A stretch of DNA of 64,000 nt from Desulfobacterales bacterium (GTDB lineage: Bacteria > Desulfobacterota > Desulfobacteria > Desulfobacterales > SKZT01). Below are positions 54,601-62,822 of the stretch, in pieces. Position 1 is the stretch's first letter. The number at the start of each line of letters is the position of its first letter. The translations under genes were made by a program, and so were the position numbers. Location of the stretch: assembly GCA_018399715.1 (NCBI GenBank), contig JAGYNR010000002.1, forward strand, positions 5,687-69,686, given 5' to 3'. The notes under the pieces are model-generated. The model saw only the letters and a program-made list of their open reading frames with translations, was not told the DNA's origin and ran no database searches.

Positions 54601-55297
54601 CGAACCCCTCACAAAAGACCGCGTTTTGAGTTGCCATGGCTTTTAGTTCAATCACCAGCTCCCGCATGTGTTGGAGTTTACCGGTAATTTCCGAATCTGT
54701 GAGGCTGCCGGTTTCCGGAAATATGTTGTCGCCGACTTCCGGACAAAAAGCGCTTTCCAGCGAGATGATTTGTGATATGAACAGGTCTTTTTTATGGATG
54801 AAGCCTGAAATCTCCAGGATATCCCGAAAGTAGTCCTGATAAACGGTTGGCCATATTTTGCGGATCTGCTCCTTTACCAGCGTTTCTTTCAACGCGGTAT
54901 CGTTGGTCAGTTCCCATTGAAACAGCGCCTGGTTTTCAAAGGCATAATCTTTTAAAACCGACCGGCAAAACCCGTGAATGGTAAAAATAGAAGCTGTATC
55001 AAAGGCATCCAGAGCGGTTTTGATTTTTCCCGCTATTTCTCCGGAAAGTGAGGAAAGCTGTGTTTCAAGTTTTTCCCGTATCCGGCTTTTAAGTTCACAG
55101 GTTGCTTTTTCGGTAAACGTGACCAGGAGGATATTTTCCAGAAAAATATCATCACGCTCTTTTAAAAAGCGAACCACCATGTTTTCAATGGTATATGTTT
55201 TACCGGTTCCGGCGGAAGCCTCGATAAGTCCGTGCCGGCTGATATCAATTTGCCGGCAGTCGGTGACCGGTATAAAGTTAATTTTCGTTTCGGTCAT
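51629..55297 (-). CDS. recB: exodeoxyribonuclease V beta subunit-like helicase-nuclease (RecB)
   Basis: LIEASAGTGKTYTI (motif I), the UvrD-like motifs, and a C-terminal PD-(D/E)XK nuclease GFVDLIFRVENKFYIADWKSN...QYKIYTIAL, matching the RecB GFIDLVF...DYKSN...QY..Y pattern. The start is uncertain: ATG 55297 (MTETK..), ATG 55330 or TTG 55342. All three overlap the recC 3' end. Confidence 0.9.
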   Translation of the reverse strand: MTETKINFIPVTDCRQIDISRHGLIEASAGTGKTYTIENMVVRFLKERDDIFLENILLVTFTEKATCELKSRIREKLETQLSSLSGEIAGKIKTALDAFDTASIFTIHGFCRSVLKDYAFENQALFQWELTNDTALKETLVKEQIRKIWPTVYQDYFRDILEISGFIHKKDLFISQIISLESAFCPEVGDNIFPETGSLTDSEITGKLQHMRELVIELKAMATQNAVFCEGFDQLNIHAGTKRAVQKNLIRPLKNSLLQIDAHQLSYLPLFKIFDYVCDKGNDYFEFKYLKKGPNPEVCPQWFLLKQRLCQLTDLYKKLKDVLMVQSVYRLREDVQKEKFKKGLISYDDMLLQVKTALYSSGGHSLIESLRKKYKVAFVDEFQDTDPVQWKIFRKLFLETGIKKPSANVLYLIGDPKQAIYAFRGADVFAYLEAKNEMIRLSALEMAACYCLVTNWRSEPDLITVFNRLFSIESWFKPPDQCSDFEIGYLSVNPPETNHRNFAIADDKTNRPALTIVDLSDALRLKTAKPLLATFIAGEIDYLVNCGGFTCLKKDSPPEKISYGDICILVRTGNEAAFVETELIKHNIPYSYYKKPGLFHSNEALYLSFLFHAIADPGDPSALNKALLTPFFNFQPSDLPGAKNLSAAHPVKQMLFQWNEYALDRQWSLLFQSLLEHSGLIYRECKTSDWERKFANYRQLFEYLHDAAYRNNLDFRGIMAILDGYRKGTFSPAEEADVHQIETEAQKVQIMTMHVAKGLEFSVVFIFGGLTQKPVQSQDWFVYHDIQDVKSIVKTFDISKTIGREKGIGEIKDEEKRLLYVALTRARFKLYVPFYSCQQNLAAAGPVPRLLSPALAETFAEQNDQISLAAWINASTPAAARAGETKKDTCVPKTKPEEENAIMSPTKGIEHLPEKIIPISKDFRHRRIELASFSSIHRHISDRETHHQLPGFHAMVKKPKEDDEDSFLLSPPAPFEYGDPNDIPGGTEIGSMFHEILEQISFKTVREMGSSIHSTEDISPLLTKDDVKELILNCMKLHQVDRRWLKPISDIIFRVLTAPVDAVYKGFYLAGLEKTDRLHEVEFYFPFPRSFSVTASGTVPGCRWCDGFIRGFVDLIFRVENKFYIADWKSNILENGYGQNAMEENMIQADYHLQYKIYTIAALRWMAKTLGNQFSPDKNFGGVFYFYLRGMGQGEGSGIYYVPGHRVGTLKSLEKELHEVGG

Positions 55298-58200
55298 ATT
55301 CAAAAAATATTCCAAACCGCTTTCGGGCATGTTCCAATGCAAGGGGGGGAATCACGGGTTTGACCAGCAGGGTCAAAGGATCATCTATCTCCGCATACGT
55401 TTCCGTTAAATTCATCCAAAGCGATACCGACACCTCGTTATCGTTGCTTTTCTGTTCCTGTGCCAGGATATCCGGGGATTTCAAGTGCTTTAAAACCGTC
55501 TCAAACGGCAGCCACCAGAGGCAATCCGGATCCAGATATTCCGACAAAAGTTCTTTAAGGTATTGTTGGGCTCTGTTTTTGTTGACCTGATACGTAAAAT
55601 CGCAGATTTTTTCCTTATACCCCATATGAAATGTGACCGGAGTATCACCGACCGGGTCTATCTCGGATTTCAGGCATCTTAGAAAAAGGTATCCCATCAT
55701 GGGCTCCAGAATATATTTATCCGGATATTGTGGCGCTTTTTTTCCGGACCCGACCAAAACCAATACATGCCAGGTTTGATTTTCCTCCTGCCATATCCAG
55801 GGAATGCCGGCATGGGCTTCTACCGGACAGGAAAATACTTGATTATCCCTACCCGTCAAGTCAACTGTCAGTTGTAAACAGGGAAGCCGCAGTTCTGTAA
55901 GATCACCATGATAACCAGGACGATACCCCGGATATTCACCGATTCGAAGTGACGGGTAAACGCGCATGCCCTTTGTCAGCATCCGACAAAGTATCGGTTT
56001 CAGCGTTTCAGCCCGTTGCAGAACATCCTCCAGGATATTTTCCCGATCCAGTAAGCCAAAGGTTTCTTCGGGCGTTTTGCTTTCCATTTGAAAGTTTTTG
56101 TAGGTTCTGTCACAAAACTTACGAAGCATCTGATTGTCGTCCAATTGATCCGGTTGTTGATGCTGTAGCTGCAACCAATAAATCCATTGTTCCAGGGGAT
56201 CCCGCTTTAAGCGATAGTCCACCGGAAAGCCGGTGTAAAACGGTTCATCTTCCAAAATCGTGATGTCTTCAATTGCTTCCGGATCATCATAGAGCCCCAG
56301 ATGTTTTTGGATACTTTGTTCAACCGGATTTTCCAGAAACTTTTTTAACTTTTTAGCGGATATTTTTTCCCTGACTTCGGAAAAACAAACGGAAATTTCG
56401 CGGTTCAAAGACAAATCCGGCATAAAAGCATCCATTATCCGCCTTTCCTGGTCGGAAACCTGTTTGCGGACATTATCAAGAAGTCCATTTTCACCGTAAC
56501 AAATGATCCGGTCAGCAGCACCATAATTGACCAGAACGTCCGAGTAATGGTTTACAGCCGATGACTCCAGGTATTTTGGGCTGCTGCCTTTAAGAGGGAT
56601 ATCGACAATCTGAAAAGCGGTTTGTTCCGGCAGAATATGAGATTCCACATACCGGCGAAGCTGGCTGACAACTGAACAGGGTTGAAGAATGCGGTCTTTT
56701 TGCAGATCTCTGCTGACATAACTGATATACAGTTTTTGGCGGACAGACAGCAGCATTTCCAGAAACAAATAGCAATTTCGTTCCGGCATGCTGACATCAC
56801 TGATCATTTTATATTTTTGCCGTAAATCCAGCGATGACAACTCCGGCTTTCCGGGAAACCCACCTTCCTCCATGCCCAACACATAAACAATCGAAAAAGG
56901 GATGGGGCGCATCGGAAGCAACGCCGACATGGTCACTCCGCTGGTCAGGTAATCGCCATAATATCCGTTAATGGCACCCAACCGCGATTTTATAAATTCC
57001 TTAAAAAATGAAACATCCAGTTTGAAACCGGTTGAATCGTTATTGACACTGTCACAGATTTTCAGGTCATAAAGAGAATCGAATAAAGATTCCCGGACAC
57101 TTTTTTCAGCCTTCAGATCGGGCGGAATTTCCAGCATCATTTCGCACACTGAAAGAAACCGGGTTATCCAGATTTCACCGGAATCAGGACCGGCAGTCAA
57201 TATTTTCGAAACCCGGTTAAGCGTTTCGATAATGACATAAAATTTTTCTAGCACCTCCAGGTCACCGGTACTAAAATCGGAAAAAGGCTTTTTCCCTTGA
57301 AAATCCGGCGATTCGGAAAAACAGCCGATTGAATGTAAGCCCATGAAATCTGACGGGGGTGAAAGGATCCGGGAAAGAGACATCCGGACCAGTCCCTGTT
57401 TCCATGTATATAAATCCGACCGGGTATATCCTCTTTTTTCTTTGTCCTTATCATCAAAGGTATGATAAATGCTTAGCGCTTCCGCCCACCGGGCAAATAC
57501 CATGACATCATCCGGAGAAATCCGCCATTTATGCATCACGCAGGGATTTAAAAGAAGTTGGAAAACTTCCTTACGGGAAAATCGCCCGGAAACTATTTGT
57601 AAAATCCCCATGACGGCCTTTCCGAAAATACTTTCAATCTCTGCGCGGACATCTGCCAGGTTATAGGAAAGGCATAACGGCTGCCGCTGGAAGACAGCCT
57701 CGATAATCGGTTTGTACGAAGAGATATCCGGCACAAGAACGGCAATATCTGTAAGAGCGAGGTCTTTATCCTGTTCAAGATTATACAATATGCTGTTATA
57801 AACCGTTTCCACCTCCCGGTACCGTCCGGGACATGCCGAAACCTGTAAGGATGTATCCTGAAACATCCGGTCATGGGTGGCATTTTCATCTCCGGTTAGA
57901 ATATGGTTTTGAATCCGTTTAAGGACAGTGGTGGTATCCGATTCAACAGCAAAATTGTCATTAAAATTATAGTCAGTCAGATGGCATAGGGATTTGACTG
58001 TTTCCCGGCCCGGTTTGCCCCAAAGTTTTAGAAGTTCGTTTTGTAACGGTGGAAACAACACCTTTCCGGTGTCATCACAAAAAGCAATTTCACTACAATT
58101 TTTTTGATTTGCCGACATCCATTTTTTTTCACGGCAACTGGGCAGATCTTCCCAGAATTTTCTGCAGGGATTGAGAGCATACATATGAATCTGAAAGATT

Positions 58201-58928
58201 TCGCCCAACTGCTGAAGCAGCTCAAGATGGAAAGGCGATATTTGTGAAAAACCAAATATATGAACTTCGGGTTTTTCAGAGCCTCCAGGCTTCCGGTTAT
58301 TATCAAGATTCAGCACCCGATCTGCATATTCCATCAGGGAAAGATAGTTTACCGCTGAATCTGAGGAAACCTGATCCTTTAATGTCTTCATGTTTGTATA
58401 AATTCGCTGCTGACAACTTTCCATCTCCGCAAAAGAACCAACTGACTGAATCCAGGAGCGGATCATCGGTTGACGGTGGAATTCATAATCCTGAAACAAA
58501 CAGGCCAGTTTTTCGCATAACTGCCAGAGTTTTGGGGTATAATCCGGTCTTTTTTCCCCATCCGGTGTAAACAGATAAGACACTATCGGTTCGTATTCGT
58601 GCTCTGTTGCTTTCACCCCTGTCAGCACTTTTAAAAGCAGCAGTTGACGGATTTCCAGGTTAACCGTTACCGGCTTATCAATTCGGGCATCGATCGTTTC
58701 CAGCAGTTTCCACAATCCTGATTCCAGAAACTGAAAATCAATGTTCATGAAAATTCCCGAATCTTCAGCCATTTTCAATTGAATCCATTTTTTAAGATTG
58801 GCATTGGGAACAATCACGAGAGGAGCACAGAAAATAGTGTTGATGTCCCGATGTTCCATAAAAAGGGATACGGCCAGATGGTCAAGCAAAATTTTGGTAC
58901 GATTGCTGAAAAAAAGATCAATTCCCAT
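55278..58928 (-). CDS. recC: exodeoxyribonuclease V gamma subunit-like protein (RecC)
   Basis: N-terminal FFSNRTKILLDHLAVSL...PLVIVPNANLKKWIQLKMAEDSGIFMNIDFQFLESGLWKLL is collinear with E. coli RecC (YHSNRLDVL...ILVQSTGMAQWLQMTLS..GIAANIDFPLP). It is 1216 aa long and lies directly upstream of recB. Confidence 0.88.
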   Translation of the reverse strand: MGIDLFFSNRTKILLDHLAVSLFMEHRDINTIFCAPLVIVPNANLKKWIQLKMAEDSGIFMNIDFQFLESGLWKLLETIDARIDKPVTVNLEIRQLLLLKVLTGVKATEHEYEPIVSYLFTPDGEKRPDYTPKLWQLCEKLACLFQDYEFHRQPMIRSWIQSVGSFAEMESCQQRIYTNMKTLKDQVSSDSAVNYLSLMEYADRVLNLDNNRKPGGSEKPEVHIFGFSQISPFHLELLQQLGEIFQIHMYALNPCRKFWEDLPSCREKKWMSANQKNCSEIAFCDDTGKVLFPPLQNELLKLWGKPGRETVKSLCHLTDYNFNDNFAVESDTTTVLKRIQNHILTGDENATHDRMFQDTSLQVSACPGRYREVETVYNSILYNLEQDKDLALTDIAVLVPDISSYKPIIEAVFQRQPLCLSYNLADVRAEIESIFGKAVMGILQIVSGRFSRKEVFQLLLNPCVMHKWRISPDDVMVFARWAEALSIYHTFDDKDKEKRGYTRSDLYTWKQGLVRMSLSRILSPPSDFMGLHSIGCFSESPDFQGKKPFSDFSTGDLEVLEKFYVIIETLNRVSKILTAGPDSGEIWITRFLSVCEMMLEIPPDLKAEKSVRESLFDSLYDLKICDSVNNDSTGFKLDVSFFKEFIKSRLGAINGYYGDYLTSGVTMSALLPMRPIPFSIVYVLGMEEGGFPGKPELSSLDLRQKYKMISDVSMPERNCYLFLEMLLSVRQKLYISYVSRDLQKDRILQPCSVVSQLRRYVESHILPEQTAFQIVDIPLKGSSPKYLESSAVNHYSDVLVNYGAADRIICYGENGLLDNVRKQVSDQERRIMDAFMPDLSLNREISVCFSEVREKISAKKLKKFLENPVEQSIQKHLGLYDDPEAIEDITILEDEPFYTGFPVDYRLKRDPLEQWIYWLQLQHQQPDQLDDNQMLRKFCDRTYKNFQMESKTPEETFGLLDRENILEDVLQRAETLKPILCRMLTKGMRVYPSLRIGEYPGYRPGYHGDLTELRLPCLQLTVDLTGRDNQVFSCPVEAHAGIPWIWQEENQTWHVLVLVGSGKKAPQYPDKYILEPMMGYLFLRCLKSEIDPVGDTPVTFHMGYKEKICDFTYQVNKNRAQQYLKELLSEYLDPDCLWWLPFETVLKHLKSPDILAQEQKSNDNEVSVSLWMNLTETYAEIDDPLTLLVKPVIPPLALEHARKRFGIFFEYDRNEN

Positions 58929-58991
58929 TTATGGACTCCGGATAAGACAGAAAACTTCAGATGGCCTTAAACAGATAATGACCGGCGACAG

Positions 58992-59114
58992 GTTATACTC
59001 AGCACCGGCATAATTTGCGCTTTTTATGACCTTACCCCTAATCCCTCTCCTATGAGGCGGGGAGCAACGGAGGATTTGGCAAAAGCGCAGTTTGTGCCGA
59101 TATTGAGTATAAAC
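58992..59114. repeat. family 3 palindromic element (about 34-nt imperfect inverted arms around a CCCCTAATCCCTCTCC core)
   Basis: GTTATACTCAGCACCGGCATAATTTGCGCTTTT (58992-59025) versus AAAAGCGCAGTTTGTGCCGATATTGAGTATAAAC (59081-59114). By hand alignment roughly three quarters of positions are complementary. It sits between the recC start and the argJ stop. Confidence 0.6.
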
Positions 59115-59129
59115 AATGCGGCCCGGACA

Positions 59130-60314
59130 TCAGGAACGATAATCAGCGTTAATACGAACATAATCCAACGAAAAATCACAGGTATAGACAAATGCATGTC
59201 CTTCTCCGGACTTTAAGTCCAGGGTAATTGTATATTCCGGTTTTTTCATTACCTGGGTAGCTTTTTTTTCCGCCGTCAGCCCTAGCCCTCGCCCTTTTCC
59301 AAACATTTGTACATCATCAAAGAAAATATCGATATTATCCGGTTCAAATGAAACGCCTGCACTGCCGGCAGCCGCAAGAATTCTGCCCCAGTTGGCATCT
59401 TCCCCGAAAAAGGCAGTTTTGACAAGATTTGAATTGCCGATCTTGCCGGCTATCGCATATGCATCCTCATCGGATACAGCGCCTTTTACGATTATTTCCA
59501 CCAGCTTGGTAGCGCCTTCACCGTCTTGCACAATCATCCTGGCCAGCGCCAGGCATACGTCATCAAGCACCCGTTGGAAAGAAGCTTTATGAACGGAGTT
59601 TTCGATGACGACACCGGAAAGACCATTGGCCAGAATAATGGCGGTATCATTAGTACTAGTATCGCCATCAATGCTGATCCGGTTAAAAGAGCGTTCGGAG
59701 GCTACCCACAGCGCATAAGAAAGATATTCCGGTTTTGCATCAATATCCGTACAAATAAAACACAGCATGGTCGCCATATCCGGCTGGATCATCCCGGCGC
59801 CCTTTGCTACGGCGGTAACGGTAAATGTTTTCCCGTTGATATGTCCCTGCCGGCTCACCAGCTTCGGCATGGTATCGGTCGTCATGATAGATAACGCCAG
59901 ATCCAAAAATCCATCATCTTTCAATAACCCGGCAAGTTCGGGTACCGAAGACTGGATTTTTTCGATCGGCAGGGGTTGACCAATCACACCGGTAGATGCC
60001 ACCAGTACCATTTCTTCTGGTATATCAAGGTTTGTTGAGACAAAGGCGCTCATCGCCCTTGCATCTACGGCCCCGCGTTTACCGTTGCAGCAGTTGGCAT
60101 TACCGCTGTTGACAATAATCGCCTGGGACAGGCCGCTTTGGACCCTTTCACGATCTAAAATAACCGGCGCGGCTTGAATCTTGTTTTTGGTAAATATGGC
60201 ACCTACTTTGCTAGGAGTATTTGAGAAAATAAGGCCGAGATCTCTTTTCCCGTCATTTTTAATTCCTGCGGCAATACCGGCAGCCTGAAAGCCTGGACAA
60301 ACGATTTTTTCCAT
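59130..60314 (-). CDS. argJ: bifunctional glutamate N-acetyltransferase/amino-acid acetyltransferase
   Basis: GFQAAGIAAGIK, the autoprocessing site region ATMLCFICTD (T of ATML), and TTDT upstream. It is 394 aa long and ends ...NADYRS. Confidence 0.94.
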   Translation of the reverse strand: MEKIVCPGFQAAGIAAGIKNDGKRDLGLIFSNTPSKVGAIFTKNKIQAAPVILDRERVQSGLSQAIIVNSGNANCCNGKRGAVDARAMSAFVSTNLDIPEEMVLVASTGVIGQPLPIEKIQSSVPELAGLLKDDGFLDLALSIMTTDTMPKLVSRQGHINGKTFTVTAVAKGAGMIQPDMATMLCFICTDIDAKPEYLSYALWVASERSFNRISIDGDTSTNDTAIILANGLSGVVIENSVHKASFQRVLDDVCLALARMIVQDGEGATKLVEIIVKGAVSDEDAYAIAGKIGNSNLVKTAFFGEDANWGRILAAAGSAGVSFEPDNIDIFFDDVQMFGKGRGLGLTAEKKATQVMKKPEYTITLDLKSGEGHAFVYTCDFSLDYVRINADYRS

Positions 60315-60579
60315 TTCCGAGAACCTGTCATTAGTGGAAATTTTTCTTGTTTTTACATAAATCCCCTGTTAGACAATCAAAGGTCGATAACGGCCTAAGC
60401 TTTCTACTTTAATGACATTTAACCGGATTCGTCAAGATGTAAGCGCTTTTTTTAATAAAAAATTAATGATCAGAGTGCATTTTATGCAGCACAAGCGGCT
60501 ATTGGGGATGGAAAATATATCTTATCAGAAGATTTTCTGTGACTTAATTTTTTGAAAAACTATAGCATAGAGTATTGCT

Positions 60580-61317
60580 TTGAAAAATTTCAAACTGATT
60601 ATAGAATATGATGGCACTTGCTATCATGGATGGCAGCGTCAAAAAACGGAACAAACCATCCAGGGAGAAATTGAACAGGCGCTTTTTACCATTTCCGGCC
60701 TCAAAATTACACTTACCGGTTCAGGCAGAACGGATTCAGGTGTGCATGCCCTGGGTCAGACCGCAAATTTTAAATGTGATACCCATCTGGGGCCTGATGT
60801 TTTTTTCAAGGCATTAAATGCCCTTCTGCCCGATGACATTGTGATCAAATCCTGCGAAATGGTCGATGAAAACTTCCATGCCCGGTTTAATGCCAAAAGC
60901 AAAACCTATCGCTATTGGATTTACAATCACTCGATTCCGAAAGCTGTCGGACGTCAGTATGCCTGGTTTATTCGACACCCACTTAATTACGATGCCATGA
61001 ATATGGCGGCCCGGTTATTATCCGGAACCCATGATTTCAAGGCATTCGAAGCATCCGGCAGTCCCCGGTCCGGCACTGAAAGAACCGTTACCAAAGCCGA
61101 AATGATACGATCAACCAACCATTATGTTTGTTTTGAAATCGAGGCAAATGGTTTTTTGAGATTCATGGTAAGAAATATCGTGGGAACGCTTGCTGAAATC
61201 GGTCTCGGGAAACGAACTGCTGATGAAATAAAGGATATTCTGCGTTCATGCGACCGCTCCAAAGCCGGGGTTACGGCACCGGCACATGGATTGTTTTTGA
61301 TCCGGGTTGAATACTAG
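60580..61317 (+). CDS. truA: tRNA pseudouridine(38-40) synthase
   Basis: IIEYDGTCYHGWQRQ ... GSGRTDSGVHALGQ (catalytic Asp) ... FLRFMVRNIVG. It has a TTG start. Confidence 0.92.
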   Translation: MKNFKLIIEYDGTCYHGWQRQKTEQTIQGEIEQALFTISGLKITLTGSGRTDSGVHALGQTANFKCDTHLGPDVFFKALNALLPDDIVIKSCEMVDENFHARFNAKSKTYRYWIYNHSIPKAVGRQYAWFIRHPLNYDAMNMAARLLSGTHDFKAFEASGSPRSGTERTVTKAEMIRSTNHYVCFEIEANGFLRFMVRNIVGTLAEIGLGKRTADEIKDILRSCDRSKAGVTAPAHGLFLIRVEY

Positions 61318-61343
61318 CGCATAGCGGTTGAATCCAATGCGCT
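61316..61343. terminator. hairpin between convergent truA and asnS (possible bidirectional terminator)
   Basis: AGCGCAT (61316-61322) / ATGCGCT (61337-61343), a 7-bp perfect stem that overlaps the truA stop. The flanking T-runs are weak. Confidence 0.3.
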
Positions 61344-61381
61344 GGTAGTTTCTGAAAACCCATAGTGCCTGATAAACCGGT

Positions 61382-62764
61382 TTAAAAATCAATATTTCGG
61401 GGAGTCCTTGGAAAAGGGATGACATCACGGATATTGGAAATGCCGGTGATAAACATTAACATTCTTTCAAATCCTAAGCCGAAACCACTATGGGGTACGG
61501 AACCAAATTTTCTGGATTCTAAATACCACCAATAATCTTCCAGGTTTAGTCCCATATTTTCCATTCTGGCATGAAGTACATCCAGGCGTTCTTCACGCTG
61601 GCTGCCACCGATAATCTCTCCTACGATCGGAAGAAGGACATCCATACCGGCAACCGTTCGGTTGTCATCGTTTAGCCGCATATAAAATGGCGTAATCTCT
61701 TTTGGATATTGATAAACAATGACAGGTCTTTTAAAATATTGTTCGGTTAAATATTTTTCATGTTCTGCCTGAAGACTTTTTCCGAAAGAAAGATCATATT
61801 CAAAATGATGGGATGATTTGGAAATAATTGAAACCGCCTCTTCATAGGTTATTTTAACAAACGGATCTGATAAAACCGATTGAAGTCTGGTCAAAAGACC
61901 TTTATCCACATACCGGGAAAAAAGAGCTATATCCTCTTTACAGTTGTTAAGAACATGGCGAGTTAGACTGACAATTAAATTTTCGGCTAACGCCATATTT
62001 TCAAAAAGATCACAGAATGCAGATTCCGGCTCAACCATCCAAAACTCTGCCGCATGACGGCGGGTATTGGAATTTTCCGCTCTGAAAGTAGGTCCGAAAG
62101 TATATACATCCCCTAAAGAAAGCGCGAGCATTTCTGCTGATAACTGGCCGGAAACCGTGAGATAAGCTCTTTTTCCGAAAAAATCCCTGGAGAGATCAGT
62201 GTTAGAGTCAGATTTGCTACTATTTTCAAGATTCAGACAGGTTACACCAAATAAATCTCCGGCTCCTTCGCAATCCAGACCGGTCAGAATTGGGGTATGA
62301 ACATATAAAAATCCGTTATTTCTGAAAAATTGATGAATCGCAAAGGACAGTTCCGATCGAATTCTAAACGCTGCACCATATTTGTTGGTCCTGGGACGCA
62401 GATGAGCAATGGTTCTTAAAAATTCATCACTGTGACGTTTTTTTTGTAAAGGGTAATCTTCCGGTGCCAAATTGATTATTTCAATAAAATCTGCCAGAAC
62501 TTCCCATTTTTGGCCCTTGCCGGGCGATTCAGATAATTTTCCGGTGACAGCTATAGCACTGCCGGTTGTCAAACATTTAATCTCATCATAATTTTCCAAT
62601 GACTTATCTGCAATTACCTGTAAATTACTTAAGCAGGAACCATCATTTAACTCAATAAACGAAAAACCTTTAGAATTTCTCCGGGTTCTTACCCACCCTT
62701 TTACAAGAAGGTTATGGATAGGACTGTCAGAATGAATCACATGATTGATTTTTTGTCGTTTCAT
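61382..62764 (-). CDS. asnS: asparagine--tRNA ligase
   Basis: N-terminal OB fold (VKGWVRTRRNSKGFSFIELNDGS), class II motifs (FRAE...RHAAEFWMVEPE; GGSQRE; GFGLGFERM), and the C-terminal PFPR. Confidence 0.94.
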   Translation of the reverse strand: MKRQKINHVIHSDSPIHNLLVKGWVRTRRNSKGFSFIELNDGSCLSNLQVIADKSLENYDEIKCLTTGSAIAVTGKLSESPGKGQKWEVLADFIEIINLAPEDYPLQKKRHSDEFLRTIAHLRPRTNKYGAAFRIRSELSFAIHQFFRNNGFLYVHTPILTGLDCEGAGDLFGVTCLNLENSSKSDSNTDLSRDFFGKRAYLTVSGQLSAEMLALSLGDVYTFGPTFRAENSNTRRHAAEFWMVEPESAFCDLFENMALAENLIVSLTRHVLNNCKEDIALFSRYVDKGLLTRLQSVLSDPFVKITYEEAVSIISKSSHHFEYDLSFGKSLQAEHEKYLTEQYFKRPVIVYQYPKEITPFYMRLNDDNRTVAGMDVLLPIVGEIIGGSQREERLDVLHARMENMGLNLEDYWWYLESRKFGSVPHSGFGLGFERMLMFITGISNIRDVIPFPRTPRNIDF

Positions 62765-62822
62765 GCTCCGTATCTCCGAAATTTAATTCCTGAAACTTGA
62801 ATATCGGGTGAAAGTATGCAGA

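Noticed and set aside
52565-58570. Numerous 60-143-aa plus-strand ORFs across recB/recC.
   Set aside because: They are antisense shadows of two long, motif-supported genes.
61246-61428. 60-aa minus-strand ORF between truA and asnS.
   Set aside because: It overlaps both gene ends and the intergenic hairpin, so it is likely spurious.
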